Assembly: GCA_963769025.1 (NCBI GenBank)
Contig: CAVYKI010000009.1
Location: 608,001 to 672,000, forward strand
Length of the DNA stretch: 64,000 nt
Direction: 5' to 3'
Source of the DNA: an uncultured Verrucomicrobiae bacterium
Lineage (GTDB): Bacteria > Verrucomicrobiota > Verrucomicrobiia > Chthoniobacterales > Chthoniobacteraceae
Below, piece after piece: positions 41,050 through 51,013 of the stretch. Each line of letters begins with the position of its first letter. Position 1 is the stretch's first letter. The translations under genes and the position numbers were made by a program. The notes beneath the pieces were generated by a model. It was not told the DNA's origin, searched no databases, and was given only the letters and a program-made list of their open reading frames with translations.

Positions 41050-42915
41050 TCACTCGCGGGCCGGGCTCAGTCTCACGATTTTCTTCCCCGGCATCGCGCT
41101 TTTCACGAGCTCGGGGATCTGCTCGATGGCTTCGAAATCGTATTTCTGGATGGCGGGATCGAGTTTGTCCCACGGGACAAGGTAAGGCGAAGTCCGGTTC
41201 GCCTTGTCTTGCGTTTTCCCGTGACGCCAGCCGGCCAGCCATCGCTCCGCGTTCCATCGCTGGTGTTCCACCGGGGCGAGCGCCTTGATGTCGTTTTCAT
41301 CGAGGGCTTCGATCGCTTCGCCCGCATGGTCGTCCGCCACAAGCTCGCAACCGATGGCGCGGAGCTTCACGCGAAGATGGTCGGCCTGCTGGCGGTTGGA
41401 CTCGCGGATGTCATCCCGGAGGTCATCCCAGTCGCGGAGCGTGGGATCATTCTCCGGCGTGCGCTGCGAAGTCGCGGCGCGCCGTCCGACGAACCGCCGG
41501 TGAATTGCGCGTGCGAGTTCATCCAGCTCGTCGCCTCGAAATGCGCCGTCCGAGCACGTGTCGTCCACGGTGCCGAAGGGCACAATCCGCACCTTGTCGC
41601 CTTCCGCGGCTTCGAGGATGCGCGCCACTGAATCCTTCGAGCGGATGCGCACGTGGATCCCGCAGGATTTGCACTCGCGCAGGACATCCTGGAGGCGGAG
41701 GGCCACCTCGAGGCTGCGGCCATCGTCGTCGAGGCCGAAGTAGATATGCAGCAGTGCGGCGGGTTCGGCCGCCCAGCCCTCGATAAGCTTGCGCGCCTGC
41801 TGCGACTCGGCCTCCACCGCGTGAAATTGGATGTCGCAAATGTCGCGGCCGGCGAGAATCGGATAGCGGAACAGGAGGCGGTCGCGCTGCGTGCCGGCGT
41901 GGCGGTCGATCACCGAAATGCGGAGCGGCTTTCCATTTGCGAACTGCCCCATCTTTGCCGCGCGTAACGCGAGGCTGCGTCCCATCCTCCCGAAGCCGAG
42001 AATCACCACATGGACCGAGCGCGGATCGAGCGGTCCGATGCCCTTGCCGTCGAGCGGGTGATCGCGCAGCACGCGGCGCGCTTCGCTGTCATAGACGTCG
42101 AAGAAGTGCAGCCGGCTTGCCGCATCGTTTCTCTCCTGATCGATCCACCGGTCCACCGCCTCACGCAGATGAATGTCGGAGAGGTGGACGTGACGGCGCG
42201 GACGTCGCCCCGATATCCCCGCATTCAGGCACGCCTCACGGATTCCGGCCGCGATCCGCACATTGGTCGGATCCGAAGGCGTGATGACGATGATTTCCTC
42301 GGCCTTCGTGATCCGTGCCTCCGCGAGCACCTCCGGTTTCGAAGCATCGCCCAGAATCACGCACGCACCCGCCGCCTCGCAGGCATCGGTGAATGAAGCC
42401 TCCGGGTTGGGATCGATGATCACGACACGCTTTGGCGGGGGCACACGTTCGCCGTCCAAGCGCTTCAGGAAACGGCTTGCTGCCTCCACGATCCGCTTCC
42501 CGCCACGCACCTTGCCCCCGTCCATCAGATCCATCGCGATGGCGAATCCCTTCTGCCCCAGGCCGCACACGACGTAGTGATCCTCCCACCGCTTTAGCAA
42601 AAGCCGTCGCCATTCGCGCTTCAGCCGCCTCCCGATCAGGATCGCGCCCGCGCAGAACGCCGTCGCCACCCCGGCCCAGCGGCCCACTTCGAGCCACGCA
42701 TTTGCCCCGTGCTCGAAATGCGCCGTGTGCAGGATCAGCATCTGGATGCCGTGATACAGCGCTCCCAGAAAATGGACCTCCCCGTGGTGGCCGTGTTCGA
42801 GTTCGTAGCGCAGCACGCCCACTGCCCCTGCGACGACCGTCAGCACACCAAACAGGACGAGAAACCACCACTGCCTGCGCGGGATTCGGAGGTAATCGGA
42901 GGCGCCGTGGCTCAT
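41050..42915 (-). CDS. Membrane protein: 2 TM + two TrkA-N/RCK domains + C-terminal RyR domain
   Basis: Two hydrophobic helices; HYVVCGLGQKG and HVVILGFGRMG Rossmann motifs; LARAIH..WDDL..RESNRQQADH and EHQRWNAERWLAGW..LVPWDKL RyR motifs. Confidence 0.82.
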   Translation of the reverse strand: MSHGASDYLRIPRRQWWFLVLFGVLTVVAGAVGVLRYELEHGHHGEVHFLGALYHGIQMLILHTAHFEHGANAWLEVGRWAGVATAFCAGAILIGRRLKREWRRLLLKRWEDHYVVCGLGQKGFAIAMDLMDGGKVRGGKRIVEAASRFLKRLDGERVPPPKRVVIIDPNPEASFTDACEAAGACVILGDASKPEVLAEARITKAEEIIVITPSDPTNVRIAAGIREACLNAGISGRRPRRHVHLSDIHLREAVDRWIDQERNDAASRLHFFDVYDSEARRVLRDHPLDGKGIGPLDPRSVHVVILGFGRMGRSLALRAAKMGQFANGKPLRISVIDRHAGTQRDRLLFRYPILAGRDICDIQFHAVEAESQQARKLIEGWAAEPAALLHIYFGLDDDGRSLEVALRLQDVLRECKSCGIHVRIRSKDSVARILEAAEGDKVRIVPFGTVDDTCSDGAFRGDELDELARAIHRRFVGRRAATSQRTPENDPTLRDWDDLRDDIRESNRQQADHLRVKLRAIGCELVADDHAGEAIEALDENDIKALAPVEHQRWNAERWLAGWRHGKTQDKANRTSPYLVPWDKLDPAIQKYDFEAIEQIPELVKSAMPGKKIVRLSPARE

Positions 42916-42928
42916 GGTCGTTTGCGAT

Positions 42929-43228
42929 TCATTTTCGAGGCGGCACAATTTCGTAGCCGAGCGAAAGGATCGCCTTCAGCGTGCCGAGCGCGGTGATGCG
43001 GTCATATTCCTTCTCCGAATCCGGCAGCTCCGCGTACGGCACCAGGCACGGGTGCTTTTTCGCCGCATCGTCGCGACTCGGGCCAAAGGTCCACCCATCC
43101 GCCATCCGCTGCGCAGCCCAGCTATCGTGCGCGTTCTCCGCGAGCCGCTCGGTCAGCGCCATCATCTCTGGCGGCAGAAGCACGCCGGAGGCATCGATGG
43201 CCTTCGGGTGGTACGTGGAATCGCTCAT
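42929..43228 (-). CDS. Stand-alone RyR (ryanodine receptor repeat) domain protein
   Basis: YHPKAID, LAENAHDSWAAQRMADGWTFGPSRDDAAKKHPCLVPYAELPDSEKEYDR. Confidence 0.9.
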   Translation of the reverse strand: MSDSTYHPKAIDASGVLLPPEMMALTERLAENAHDSWAAQRMADGWTFGPSRDDAAKKHPCLVPYAELPDSEKEYDRITALGTLKAILSLGYEIVPPRK

Positions 43229-43288
43229 GAGCGCAGGTTGCCCCGGCAGCGGGATCACCCGCAAGCCTGCGATTGCCCGGGGCCTCGC

Positions 43289-45925
43289 TCATGCCAGTGC
43301 GCCTCCGAATTTCCTTTTCACGATCGCCCTCGCTTCCTCCAGTCCGCGTCCCGCCGGGAGGGCGTAGTAGATGGAGATGTAGGTGTGGTCGCGGGCGGTG
43401 TGGGCGGTGAGGGCGTAGATGTTTCCCTCCAAGTAGCGGAAGACTTTGTAGGTCAGCGCATAGATGAGGCCGCCGGAATCATGGGTGGTCTCGAAGCGAA
43501 GGCAGTGCAGGCCGGGCCGGGATTCGCTGAGCGTGATGCGGCCCTCGATGGGCGGCAGCGAGGCTTCGTCGGCGTCGGCGATGTGGCGTCGGTTGCGGAT
43601 GGCTTCCTCGACGATCGCGGAGAGGTCCTTCCGGAGGGGCAGGGCGCCGGGGGCGAGGTGGAAAAAGTCGAGGGCGAGGCCATGGTTCATCGCTGAGAAA
43701 AGGTGCGCCTGCCGGAGTTCGACCTGGCTTTGCCACAGCGCGCCGCTGATGGATGCGGCCAGCCCGCGGTAGTCCCGGGTGGCGACGCCGACGATGGTCG
43801 AGGTTCCATCGCGGATGATCGCCGCCTTTGGCCCGGCGGTGTCGTCGTCACCGGCGAGGCGGACGAGATGCGCGCCAAAGCGGATCGCATGGAGGCGGTA
43901 GGCGCCGCTGAAGAAATCCTCGCCGATGTCGCGCAGGATGGCGAGTTCATCCTCGCCGTAACCCGCTGCGGCGAGGGAGCCGGAGCGATCCTGTCGCGGA
44001 CGGAAGGTCGCCACGGCCTTTGAGTAAAGCTCACGGATATTCCACCAGCGCACCGGCTCGGCCTGCGCGGATTCCCACTGGGCGCGGTCGGCGCACGTGA
44101 ACACGAAGAGCGCCCGCAACCGCTGCTCATCTCCGCAGCGCCGCGCAAACTCCGCGACCTGCTCCCCGTCGTTGAGGCCGCTTTCGGCGAGTACCTTGAA
44201 AGCGCGCCGGTTTTCCACGAGGAAGCGCGCGACATCCACGGTGACCTGCGGGAACTCGCACTCGGGTGCGTAAGGCGTGAAGTAGTCCGCGAGCGGGATG
44301 CCGGAAACTCCCGAGGCGTGGCGTTCGTGGAGCGGGAGCGTCTCGTCGGTGCGGGCGGCTTCGTCCTCGGGCGTGAGCGGGAGCCGCTTGGTCTTCAGCG
44401 CGAGCTTCACCGCGGCGCGATGATCCGCGTCGAGCAGCGCGGCCTGAATCGCGGGCGCGACGCCTTCCTCGGTGGCGCTGATTTTTTCCGGGGAGACCGC
44501 GGTGGTGAGCCGCTCCGCGCCCTCGGCCACGTAGCGCTCCAGCGCGCGCATCTTTTGCCGCTCCAGCGCGCCGCGCAGGGAATGGCGTTCCCACATCACG
44601 CGGCCGTCGAGCGAGGATTCGAATTTCCCGTAGCCGGGAAAGAGACGGGCCTCGGCACCGTCGATCTGGGAGAGGAACTCGAAGGAATCCGCGAGGCTTC
44701 CGCGGGGCTCATAAAAGAGCGCGGAAACCTCCGGCACGCGCACGAGCCAGTCGCCGGCATTGTGAAAGGTCGCGTGGAGTTCGGCGGGGTCGATCGGCAC
44801 GCCGTAGCGCTGCGAGTCCAGCAGCAGCGAAAGCGCCGCGCGGCTCTTGTCTCGCGCGGTCTCGCAGAAGCCGGAGGTCGCATGCCGCAGGCCGGCAGTG
44901 CCGTAGATCATGGGACTCCCCGGCGACACCGCACGCCCGTGCCTCAGTTCCCGCCCGATCACCGCCCTTGAAAACACCGCCACACGGCGTCGCGCTGCGA
45001 GCAGTCGCGCGCGGACCTCGTCGGCAAATTCAAACCGCGCGCCTTCGTCGCTCCCGGGCCCGAGCATCTCTCCATATGAGACTGAATCCTCGAACCCGAG
45101 CATGTCCTCGGGGTGATTGCCAAAGGCGTCCGGCCTGCCTCCTGGCGGACGGCGCAGGTGCACCCACGCGCGGATGCGCAGCAGGAAATCATACGCCGCC
45201 AGGTCGCGCGGGTCCTCGAGTTCGCGATAGATCTCGTGGCTGTGGACGAATGTTTTCCCGGCAAGCGTCCAGATGCCGCCGAGGAAAACGCGAAGTCCGT
45301 CGTTCTTGATGTCGAAGCGATCCAGCCGCTCGCTTCCCGCGCCCGCGGCCTCCCACTGCTCCTTCCAAAAACCACGCAGGTGCAGGAAATGCCCGAAGGG
45401 ATCGCAGGACTCGCGGATGCGTTCACGGAAGCGCCCGGAAAGCCCGCACGGGTCGTACACCGCACGCATGTCGAGGAAGGAATTGAGCGGCTTGTCCACG
45501 AGCGCTGGCGCGTCATCGAGGCCGAACGGAAGCGCTTCGCAGCGAAAGCCGTGCTGTTCGCGGAATTCGTCCGTGTGCAACGTCTGCCGCTGGAGCTCCA
45601 GCAGGAAGGCATTGCCCTCGATCGCGTCGTCGAAGAGGAACGCGAAATCCAGATCGGAGCACGGCGTGACCTCGCCGCGGCCGGTCCCGCCGAGCGCCAC
45701 GACGGCGAAGGGCTTTGCGTAGCCGAGCGCGCCCTGTTGCGCCTCGGCCCATTGCCCGACGAGCGCCGTGAAAATTGCCGTCCGCGCATTGGCGATCGCG
45801 CGGCCATTCCCCAGATCGGCGCTCCGGATCCGGGCGTCATTTTCCGCGATGAGCCGACGGTGCGCCTCCAGCGGCCCGCACTCGCGGGCCACCTCCAGCA
45901 CTCGGGCTTCGTCTTGGGCGATCAT
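43289..45925 (-). CDS. GlnD-like nucleotidyltransferase with apparently degenerate HD domain and C-terminal ACT-like region
   Basis: VALGGTGRGEVTPCSDLDF (pol-beta NTase), FDIKNDGLR, AYDFLLRIRAWVH, VFTCAD, TRDYRGLAASISGAL; no LLHD motif visible. Confidence 0.75.
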   Translation of the reverse strand: MIAQDEARVLEVARECGPLEAHRRLIAENDARIRSADLGNGRAIANARTAIFTALVGQWAEAQQGALGYAKPFAVVALGGTGRGEVTPCSDLDFAFLFDDAIEGNAFLLELQRQTLHTDEFREQHGFRCEALPFGLDDAPALVDKPLNSFLDMRAVYDPCGLSGRFRERIRESCDPFGHFLHLRGFWKEQWEAAGAGSERLDRFDIKNDGLRVFLGGIWTLAGKTFVHSHEIYRELEDPRDLAAYDFLLRIRAWVHLRRPPGGRPDAFGNHPEDMLGFEDSVSYGEMLGPGSDEGARFEFADEVRARLLAARRRVAVFSRAVIGRELRHGRAVSPGSPMIYGTAGLRHATSGFCETARDKSRAALSLLLDSQRYGVPIDPAELHATFHNAGDWLVRVPEVSALFYEPRGSLADSFEFLSQIDGAEARLFPGYGKFESSLDGRVMWERHSLRGALERQKMRALERYVAEGAERLTTAVSPEKISATEEGVAPAIQAALLDADHRAAVKLALKTKRLPLTPEDEAARTDETLPLHERHASGVSGIPLADYFTPYAPECEFPQVTVDVARFLVENRRAFKVLAESGLNDGEQVAEFARRCGDEQRLRALFVFTCADRAQWESAQAEPVRWWNIRELYSKAVATFRPRQDRSGSLAAAGYGEDELAILRDIGEDFFSGAYRLHAIRFGAHLVRLAGDDDTAGPKAAIIRDGTSTIVGVATRDYRGLAASISGALWQSQVELRQAHLFSAMNHGLALDFFHLAPGALPLRKDLSAIVEEAIRNRRHIADADEASLPPIEGRITLSESRPGLHCLRFETTHDSGGLIYALTYKVFRYLEGNIYALTAHTARDHTYISIYYALPAGRGLEEARAIVKRKFGGALA

Positions 45926-46515
45926 GCGGAAAATCTGCCAGCAAAGCCGGCGATGTCACTTCAGCAATGAATGCCGCGTGCCGGACCGAGGACCGGAGAG
46001 TGTGAGGCGTCGCACCGAGCCGCGGGCCGCGCTTTCCCGGTCAGGCGTTCCGACTTCTTCCGGCTTGAGCAGGGACGGCAATTTTGCGCACCACCACTCC
46101 CTGACGGAGGGAATACGCAAGCCGTTCAGGACCGTTCGATGCGCTCGGCCGCGTCCGGGCGCGCAGTTCGCACAACTCGGGGACGTTTGCGAGTTCACGT
46201 TCGACAAGAAGGACATCGCGGTGAGGGCCGACAAGATGCCGATGTTCGCGCCTACACGCTAATGCCGAAGGATCAACTTCCGTTGTCTTGGTACCTGAAC
46301 CCTGAGGGTGAGGCACCGAAAAAATTGCCATAGAACATCTGAAGCAGTGCCCTTCAATTCCATATGACATACATTGTTCGATGTTATATGTATACACATC
46401 GATCGCTGATGGTTTCATTGCTGTGAACAACTTGCGAAGAACTACGACGCGTTCACTCCATGCGTTCCCGAAGCCTGATATGCACCCTGCGGCAACGCCT
46501 CCTTGCACCTCTTCC

Positions 46516-49500
46516 CTACTCAAGAAGGCCTCGGATCTCCTCCATACTCAGTGCTTCCATGAGGGACTGCTCGCCCTCCAGTGTCGCCGCAATTACGGCG
46601 CGCTTTTTTGCCTGAAGATTGATGATCCCTTCCTCGATTGTACCTCTCGAAATGAGTTTGTAGCTTGTGACGATCCGCTTTTGGCCGATCCGGTGGGCAC
46701 GGTCGGTCGCCTGAGCCTCAACGGACGGATTCCACCATGGGTCGAAATGAATCACGGTATCCGCAGCGGTCAGATTAAGGCCTGTTCCGCCCGCTCGGAG
46801 GCTTATGAGAAAAACCGGGACGTCACCCGCTTGGAATCGGGCGACCTCGGCGCCCCGATCCCGCGTTTGCCCGTCCAGGTAGCAGTGTCTCACACCGAGA
46901 TTGTCGAGTCGGCTGCGGATAAAGCTCAGCATGCTGACAAACTGACTGAAAATGAGCACCCTATGCCCGCCATCCAAGGCTTCCGAAAGCAATTCCTCCA
47001 GAAGCTCGAGCTTTGCGGAGGCATCGGAATCGCTTGGTTGCTGCTCAATGCCGAGTAGGCGGATATCACAGGCAGCCTGCCGCAGGCGCAGCAATGCGGT
47101 TAACATCAACATCCGAGCCTTGTTTCGATCCGTGTATCCAGACAATTCGGAAAGTTGAGACCGCGCCGCATTTGCGAGCTGATTGTAAACATCAGATTGT
47201 GCCGCAGTCATTGTGCAATACGCGATTTGCTCTAGTTTTTCCGGTATCTCCGTTGCTACTGATTCCTTCGTCCGCCTAAGAAGAAATGGCCGGATTCGGC
47301 GGGTGAGGCGTTTCTGTTCTGGTCCGTCGGAACCGCTTTGAATCGCCTTTTCGTACCCTTCACGGAAATCAGCGCGCGTGCCAAGGTATCCAGGCATCAG
47401 GAAATTCATCAGTGACCAGATGTCGCGCACTGAATTTTCCACTGGCGTGCCGGTGAGGACAAATCGGTGCGCTGCGTTGAGCGCCGAGGCTGACTGGGCG
47501 TTCTGGCTGTCGGGATTCTTGATATGCTGGGCCTCATCGAGGATAACGGCGCCGAATTGTTGGCTCCGGTAGTTTTCCGCATCCCTTCTGAGCAACGGAT
47601 AACTCGTAATTACCAGATCAGATCTCTCGATTTTATGGAAATCCTCCGCTCGATGCGCTCCCTCGAGCGTTAGAACCCGGAGTTCGGGTGTCCATTTCGA
47701 GGATTCGGCGCGCCAGTTGAAAATCAGCGACGAAGGACAGACGACGAGGCTTGGGCCCTGCCCTCGCAGCGTGCGGATGAAAGCGAGCGCCTGAAGCGTT
47801 TTTCCAAGACCCATTTCGTCGGCCAGGATGCCGCCGAAGCCGTTTTGCGCGAGGAAGTGCAGCCAATAGACGCCGTGTTTCTGATAGTCGCGCAGCACGG
47901 TATCCAGTGAACCAAGCGGGACCGGCATGAGACGTTCGAGATTCCGAGCGGCGCAGGCCCAGTCGCGCCAGCGTGTTTCGCCGGCGACGGGAAGTCCATT
48001 CTCCGTTGCGAACGCATCGAGCGCGCCCGCCTCTCTGCGATCGAGTCGGTAAACGCCGGCCTGGCTTTGCTGAGGATTGCTCTCGCGCAGGAGGCGTTCA
48101 AATTCATCGAGCAGCCCGGGATCGAAGACCGCAAGCTTGCCGTTTTTGCGCCGCACGTGACTCTGGCCACCTTGCAGCAACCGTGCGATGTCTGCGCCCG
48201 AAAAACGTTCGCCTCCTGTAGCGGCCAGCTCGTACGAAAGGTCGAACCACTGCTCGCCGGACGATCGGATTTCCAGCCGCGGTTTGATGCGCTCGACCTC
48301 GCGTGTGACATGCTGAAACCGCTCGCCGATCTCGACTTTCCAGTCGCGCTCCAGTCGCGGCAGCACGGACGCGAAGAACGCGAGGATTCGCTGTTCACCC
48401 TTGAGTGTGAGTTCCCCTTTTCCATCCGGGCCGGAAAAACCGCACGCCCGCAGTCGCTCCAGCGCCGACTGCTCGGCTGCACGGTTGCGCGCAAACCGCG
48501 CGAGGGCCGCGCCGGTGCCATCGAGCGTCACGCGGCGATCGCCATAAACTGCTTCAACCCGCGCAGTGAGAAAATTCAGCGAGCCTTCGACTCGCGCCGC
48601 AAATCGGGGCACCGGAAGTTCGGCGGGCGCGCCGGGCGCGACATCGCCCTCGATCTCGAAGAAGTTTGCGAGTGTCGCGAGTTCGCGTTCGATGAATGCA
48701 TCCGCGGCACCCGCGGGAATGCTGATTGGACGCTCGAAGACCGTGAAATACGCAGCCGGCAGCCCCGGAGCGACAGCGATGAACGTCCCGCGATCGCGCA
48801 GCCACACGGCATTCCCGGCGATCAAAAGCGCGCCATCGGCGGGCACGTGCGCCACTCGGAGGCCGCCATCTTCCATGCGCTCGATGCGCAGGGTGTCACG
48901 ATTCCCCTGCCCTTCGATTTTCACCGGCTGCGTCTTTCCAAAAGTGACCCGAGGATTCCCGGCCAGCGCGCCGAGCAACTCCGCAAATTGTGCCTGCGTC
49001 AGCATTACCATCGCCGGCAGCTTTCCATCGGCAAAAGCACGCAGCCGAGCGACCAACCGCATATCGGCTTCGCTCGCGCGGTAGCGTTTCGTCGCATCGA
49101 GCGCGCCGAGCGGTTTGCGTTGCCCGGCCGTCTCGACCTCGAATACCACCATCACGGATTTCTTGTCCCACGCCGCGGTGAAATTCGGTGGCAGTATCAC
49201 GTGCAGCATCGCCTCCGGACCCTCCGCATCCGGCGCAAAATTCGGGTCACCGGCAGGCCCCGCCGGCATGCTTGTCGCGCCAATTTTTTCCGTGGCTGGC
49301 GCCGGAACCTCGTCCTTCTTCAGCCCCCGAATCACCGCCACCCCGACCGCCAGCGAATGCGCGCACACGAGCCCGCGCCGCCGGCTCGCCGGACACGGGC
49401 AGGTGTTCTCCATGTTCGTGCGCGACACCACGCGCAGCCCTGCGCGGAAATTCCCCTCCGCACCGCGCACGAGGCCCGCGAGCACGGGCGGTTCATAGGC

Positions 49501-49599
49501 GGCCTCGAGCACACGGCCTGCATCGTAAAGCGACCGCGCTTCCTTCATCGCTTCCCAGCCGCCGGCGTCCATCAGGAGTTTTTCAGTGAGTTCGACCAT
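46516..49599 (-). CDS. SWIM zinc finger + SNF2 family helicase
   Basis: CPCP...VCAH SWIM; LRDYQ, ILADEMGLGKT, ILDEAQ, LTGTPVEN, LIFSQF, GGTGLNL, DPWWNP, QATDRAHRIGQ. Confidence 0.93.
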   Translation of the reverse strand: MVELTEKLLMDAGGWEAMKEARSLYDAGRVLEAAYEPPVLAGLVRGAEGNFRAGLRVVSRTNMENTCPCPASRRRGLVCAHSLAVGVAVIRGLKKDEVPAPATEKIGATSMPAGPAGDPNFAPDAEGPEAMLHVILPPNFTAAWDKKSVMVVFEVETAGQRKPLGALDATKRYRASEADMRLVARLRAFADGKLPAMVMLTQAQFAELLGALAGNPRVTFGKTQPVKIEGQGNRDTLRIERMEDGGLRVAHVPADGALLIAGNAVWLRDRGTFIAVAPGLPAAYFTVFERPISIPAGAADAFIERELATLANFFEIEGDVAPGAPAELPVPRFAARVEGSLNFLTARVEAVYGDRRVTLDGTGAALARFARNRAAEQSALERLRACGFSGPDGKGELTLKGEQRILAFFASVLPRLERDWKVEIGERFQHVTREVERIKPRLEIRSSGEQWFDLSYELAATGGERFSGADIARLLQGGQSHVRRKNGKLAVFDPGLLDEFERLLRESNPQQSQAGVYRLDRREAGALDAFATENGLPVAGETRWRDWACAARNLERLMPVPLGSLDTVLRDYQKHGVYWLHFLAQNGFGGILADEMGLGKTLQALAFIRTLRGQGPSLVVCPSSLIFNWRAESSKWTPELRVLTLEGAHRAEDFHKIERSDLVITSYPLLRRDAENYRSQQFGAVILDEAQHIKNPDSQNAQSASALNAAHRFVLTGTPVENSVRDIWSLMNFLMPGYLGTRADFREGYEKAIQSGSDGPEQKRLTRRIRPFLLRRTKESVATEIPEKLEQIAYCTMTAAQSDVYNQLANAARSQLSELSGYTDRNKARMLMLTALLRLRQAACDIRLLGIEQQPSDSDASAKLELLEELLSEALDGGHRVLIFSQFVSMLSFIRSRLDNLGVRHCYLDGQTRDRGAEVARFQAGDVPVFLISLRAGGTGLNLTAADTVIHFDPWWNPSVEAQATDRAHRIGQKRIVTSYKLISRGTIEEGIINLQAKKRAVIAATLEGEQSLMEALSMEEIRGLLE

Positions 49600-49686
49600 T
49601 CGCGTTCGCCCCATCCTTACCTTTCCTTCCACTCCTGCGCCAATTTTCTGTTCATCCTCACGCGCATTCCTACACTGCGCGCCTTC

Positions 49687-50475
49687 ATGAAAGTCATCGC
49701 GGTCGCGAATCAAAAGGGTGGCGTCGGAAAGACGACGACCTCGCTCAACCTCAGTGTCTGCCTCGCAGAATTGGGGCAGCGCGTGCTGCTCGTGGACCTC
49801 GACCCGCAGGCAAACGCCACCAGCGGCATCGGCATCGAGCCCGTGGACGACATTTCCGCCTCGGGTCCGATGATGCGTTCCGCCCCGTTCACCGACATGG
49901 TGATTCCGACGCGCTTCCCAAATCTCTGGCTCGTCCCCGCGAACCTCGACCTCGCGGGTGTGGAAGTCGAAGCGATCCTCGCCGGCGATCACCTCACGCG
50001 CCTTCGCGAAGCCCTCGTGGACATGAGGAAAGACGCGCCGTTCGATTTCGTCATCCTCGACTGCCCGCCTTCGCTCGGCGTGCTCATGACGAACGCGCTC
50101 TGCGCCGCGGACGAGGTCGTCGTCCCGCTCCAGTGCGAATACTACAGCCTCGAGGGCCTCGCGAAAATCGTCGGCGTCTGCGAGCAGCTCCGCCAGCCCG
50201 GCGCGAATCCCGACCTCCAGCTCTGCGGCATCCTCATGACGATGTACATGCGGACGAACCACTCCAACCAGGTCATCGCCGAAATCCAAAAGCACTACGG
50301 CGACATCATTTTCAAAACGGTGATCCCGCGCACCATCCGTCTCGCCGAGGCGCCGAGCCACGGGCAGCCGATCATCCAATACGAACCCGGTGGCCTCGGC
50401 TCCGCCGCGTACCGTGCATTCGCCAAGGAATTCCTCGCCCGTGAAGGCGTGAAGCCCGTGACGATGGCGGACTGA
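49687..50475 (+). CDS. parA: ParA/Soj family ATPase
   Basis: NQKGGVGKTTT, DLDPQANAT, DCPPSLG, PLQCEYYSLEG, IPRTIRLAEAPSHG. Confidence 0.92.
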   Translation: MKVIAVANQKGGVGKTTTSLNLSVCLAELGQRVLLVDLDPQANATSGIGIEPVDDISASGPMMRSAPFTDMVIPTRFPNLWLVPANLDLAGVEVEAILAGDHLTRLREALVDMRKDAPFDFVILDCPPSLGVLMTNALCAADEVVVPLQCEYYSLEGLAKIVGVCEQLRQPGANPDLQLCGILMTMYMRTNHSNQVIAEIQKHYGDIIFKTVIPRTIRLAEAPSHGQPIIQYEPGGLGSAAYRAFAKEFLAREGVKPVTMAD

Positions 50476-50525
50476 GCTGGCGCGGTTGGAAAAATCGCGC
50501 CTGCCTCACGCGGACAGCACGCGTG

Positions 50526-50882
50526 CTACTTGGGCGGAGCGGCCGCGCCGATGTTCGCGGGCTTGGAGATCTCCAGCGCCCCTGCAAAGGTCGCGCCATC
50601 TTCCATCGCGAGACGGAACGTCTTCAGGCTGCCTTGCAGATGCGCGCTCGGCTTCAGGTGGCAGCGCTGCGACACGGACGCTTCGCCATCCACGAGCCCG
50701 GAGCTGGTGAGATTCTCGACCACGATGGACTTCGCGTGGACCTCCGCGCCCTCCGCGATCACGAGCGAACTCCCCTCCACCAGGCTGCCCCGGAACTTGC
50801 CCTCAAACAGCAGTTCCCCTTTGAACTTCAGCGTTCCGGTGACCTCGATGTCTTTTCCCAATCTGCTCTGTACGGTGCTCAT
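50526..50882 (-). CDS. Bactofilin (polymer-forming cytoskeletal protein)
   Basis: LGKDIEVTGTLKFKGELLFEGKFRG...IAEGAEV...LAMEDGATFAG beta-helix pattern. Confidence 0.85.
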   Translation of the reverse strand: MSTVQSRLGKDIEVTGTLKFKGELLFEGKFRGSLVEGSSLVIAEGAEVHAKSIVVENLTSSGLVDGEASVSQRCHLKPSAHLQGSLKTFRLAMEDGATFAGALEISKPANIGAAAPPK

Positions 50883-51013
50883 GCCGCGCAGCTTCAGCAA
50901 TCGCCCGGCGTTCGGCAACCGCAATCGTTTCCGCCGCTGCAAATGTCCGCGCAAACGCATTCCGGCTTGAAAACCCATTGGCCGTTTGGCGCTCGTGGCG
51001 CGATATTGGCCGC

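Noticed and set aside
45956..46523. Several small ORFs between the GlnD-like gene and SNF2
   Set aside because: No consistent coding signal or motif in any frame.
48067..50379. N-terminal extensions of the 802-aa parA ORF and the 1287-aa SNF2 ORF
   Set aside because: Each extension is the antisense of the other gene; real starts are near 49687 and 49599.
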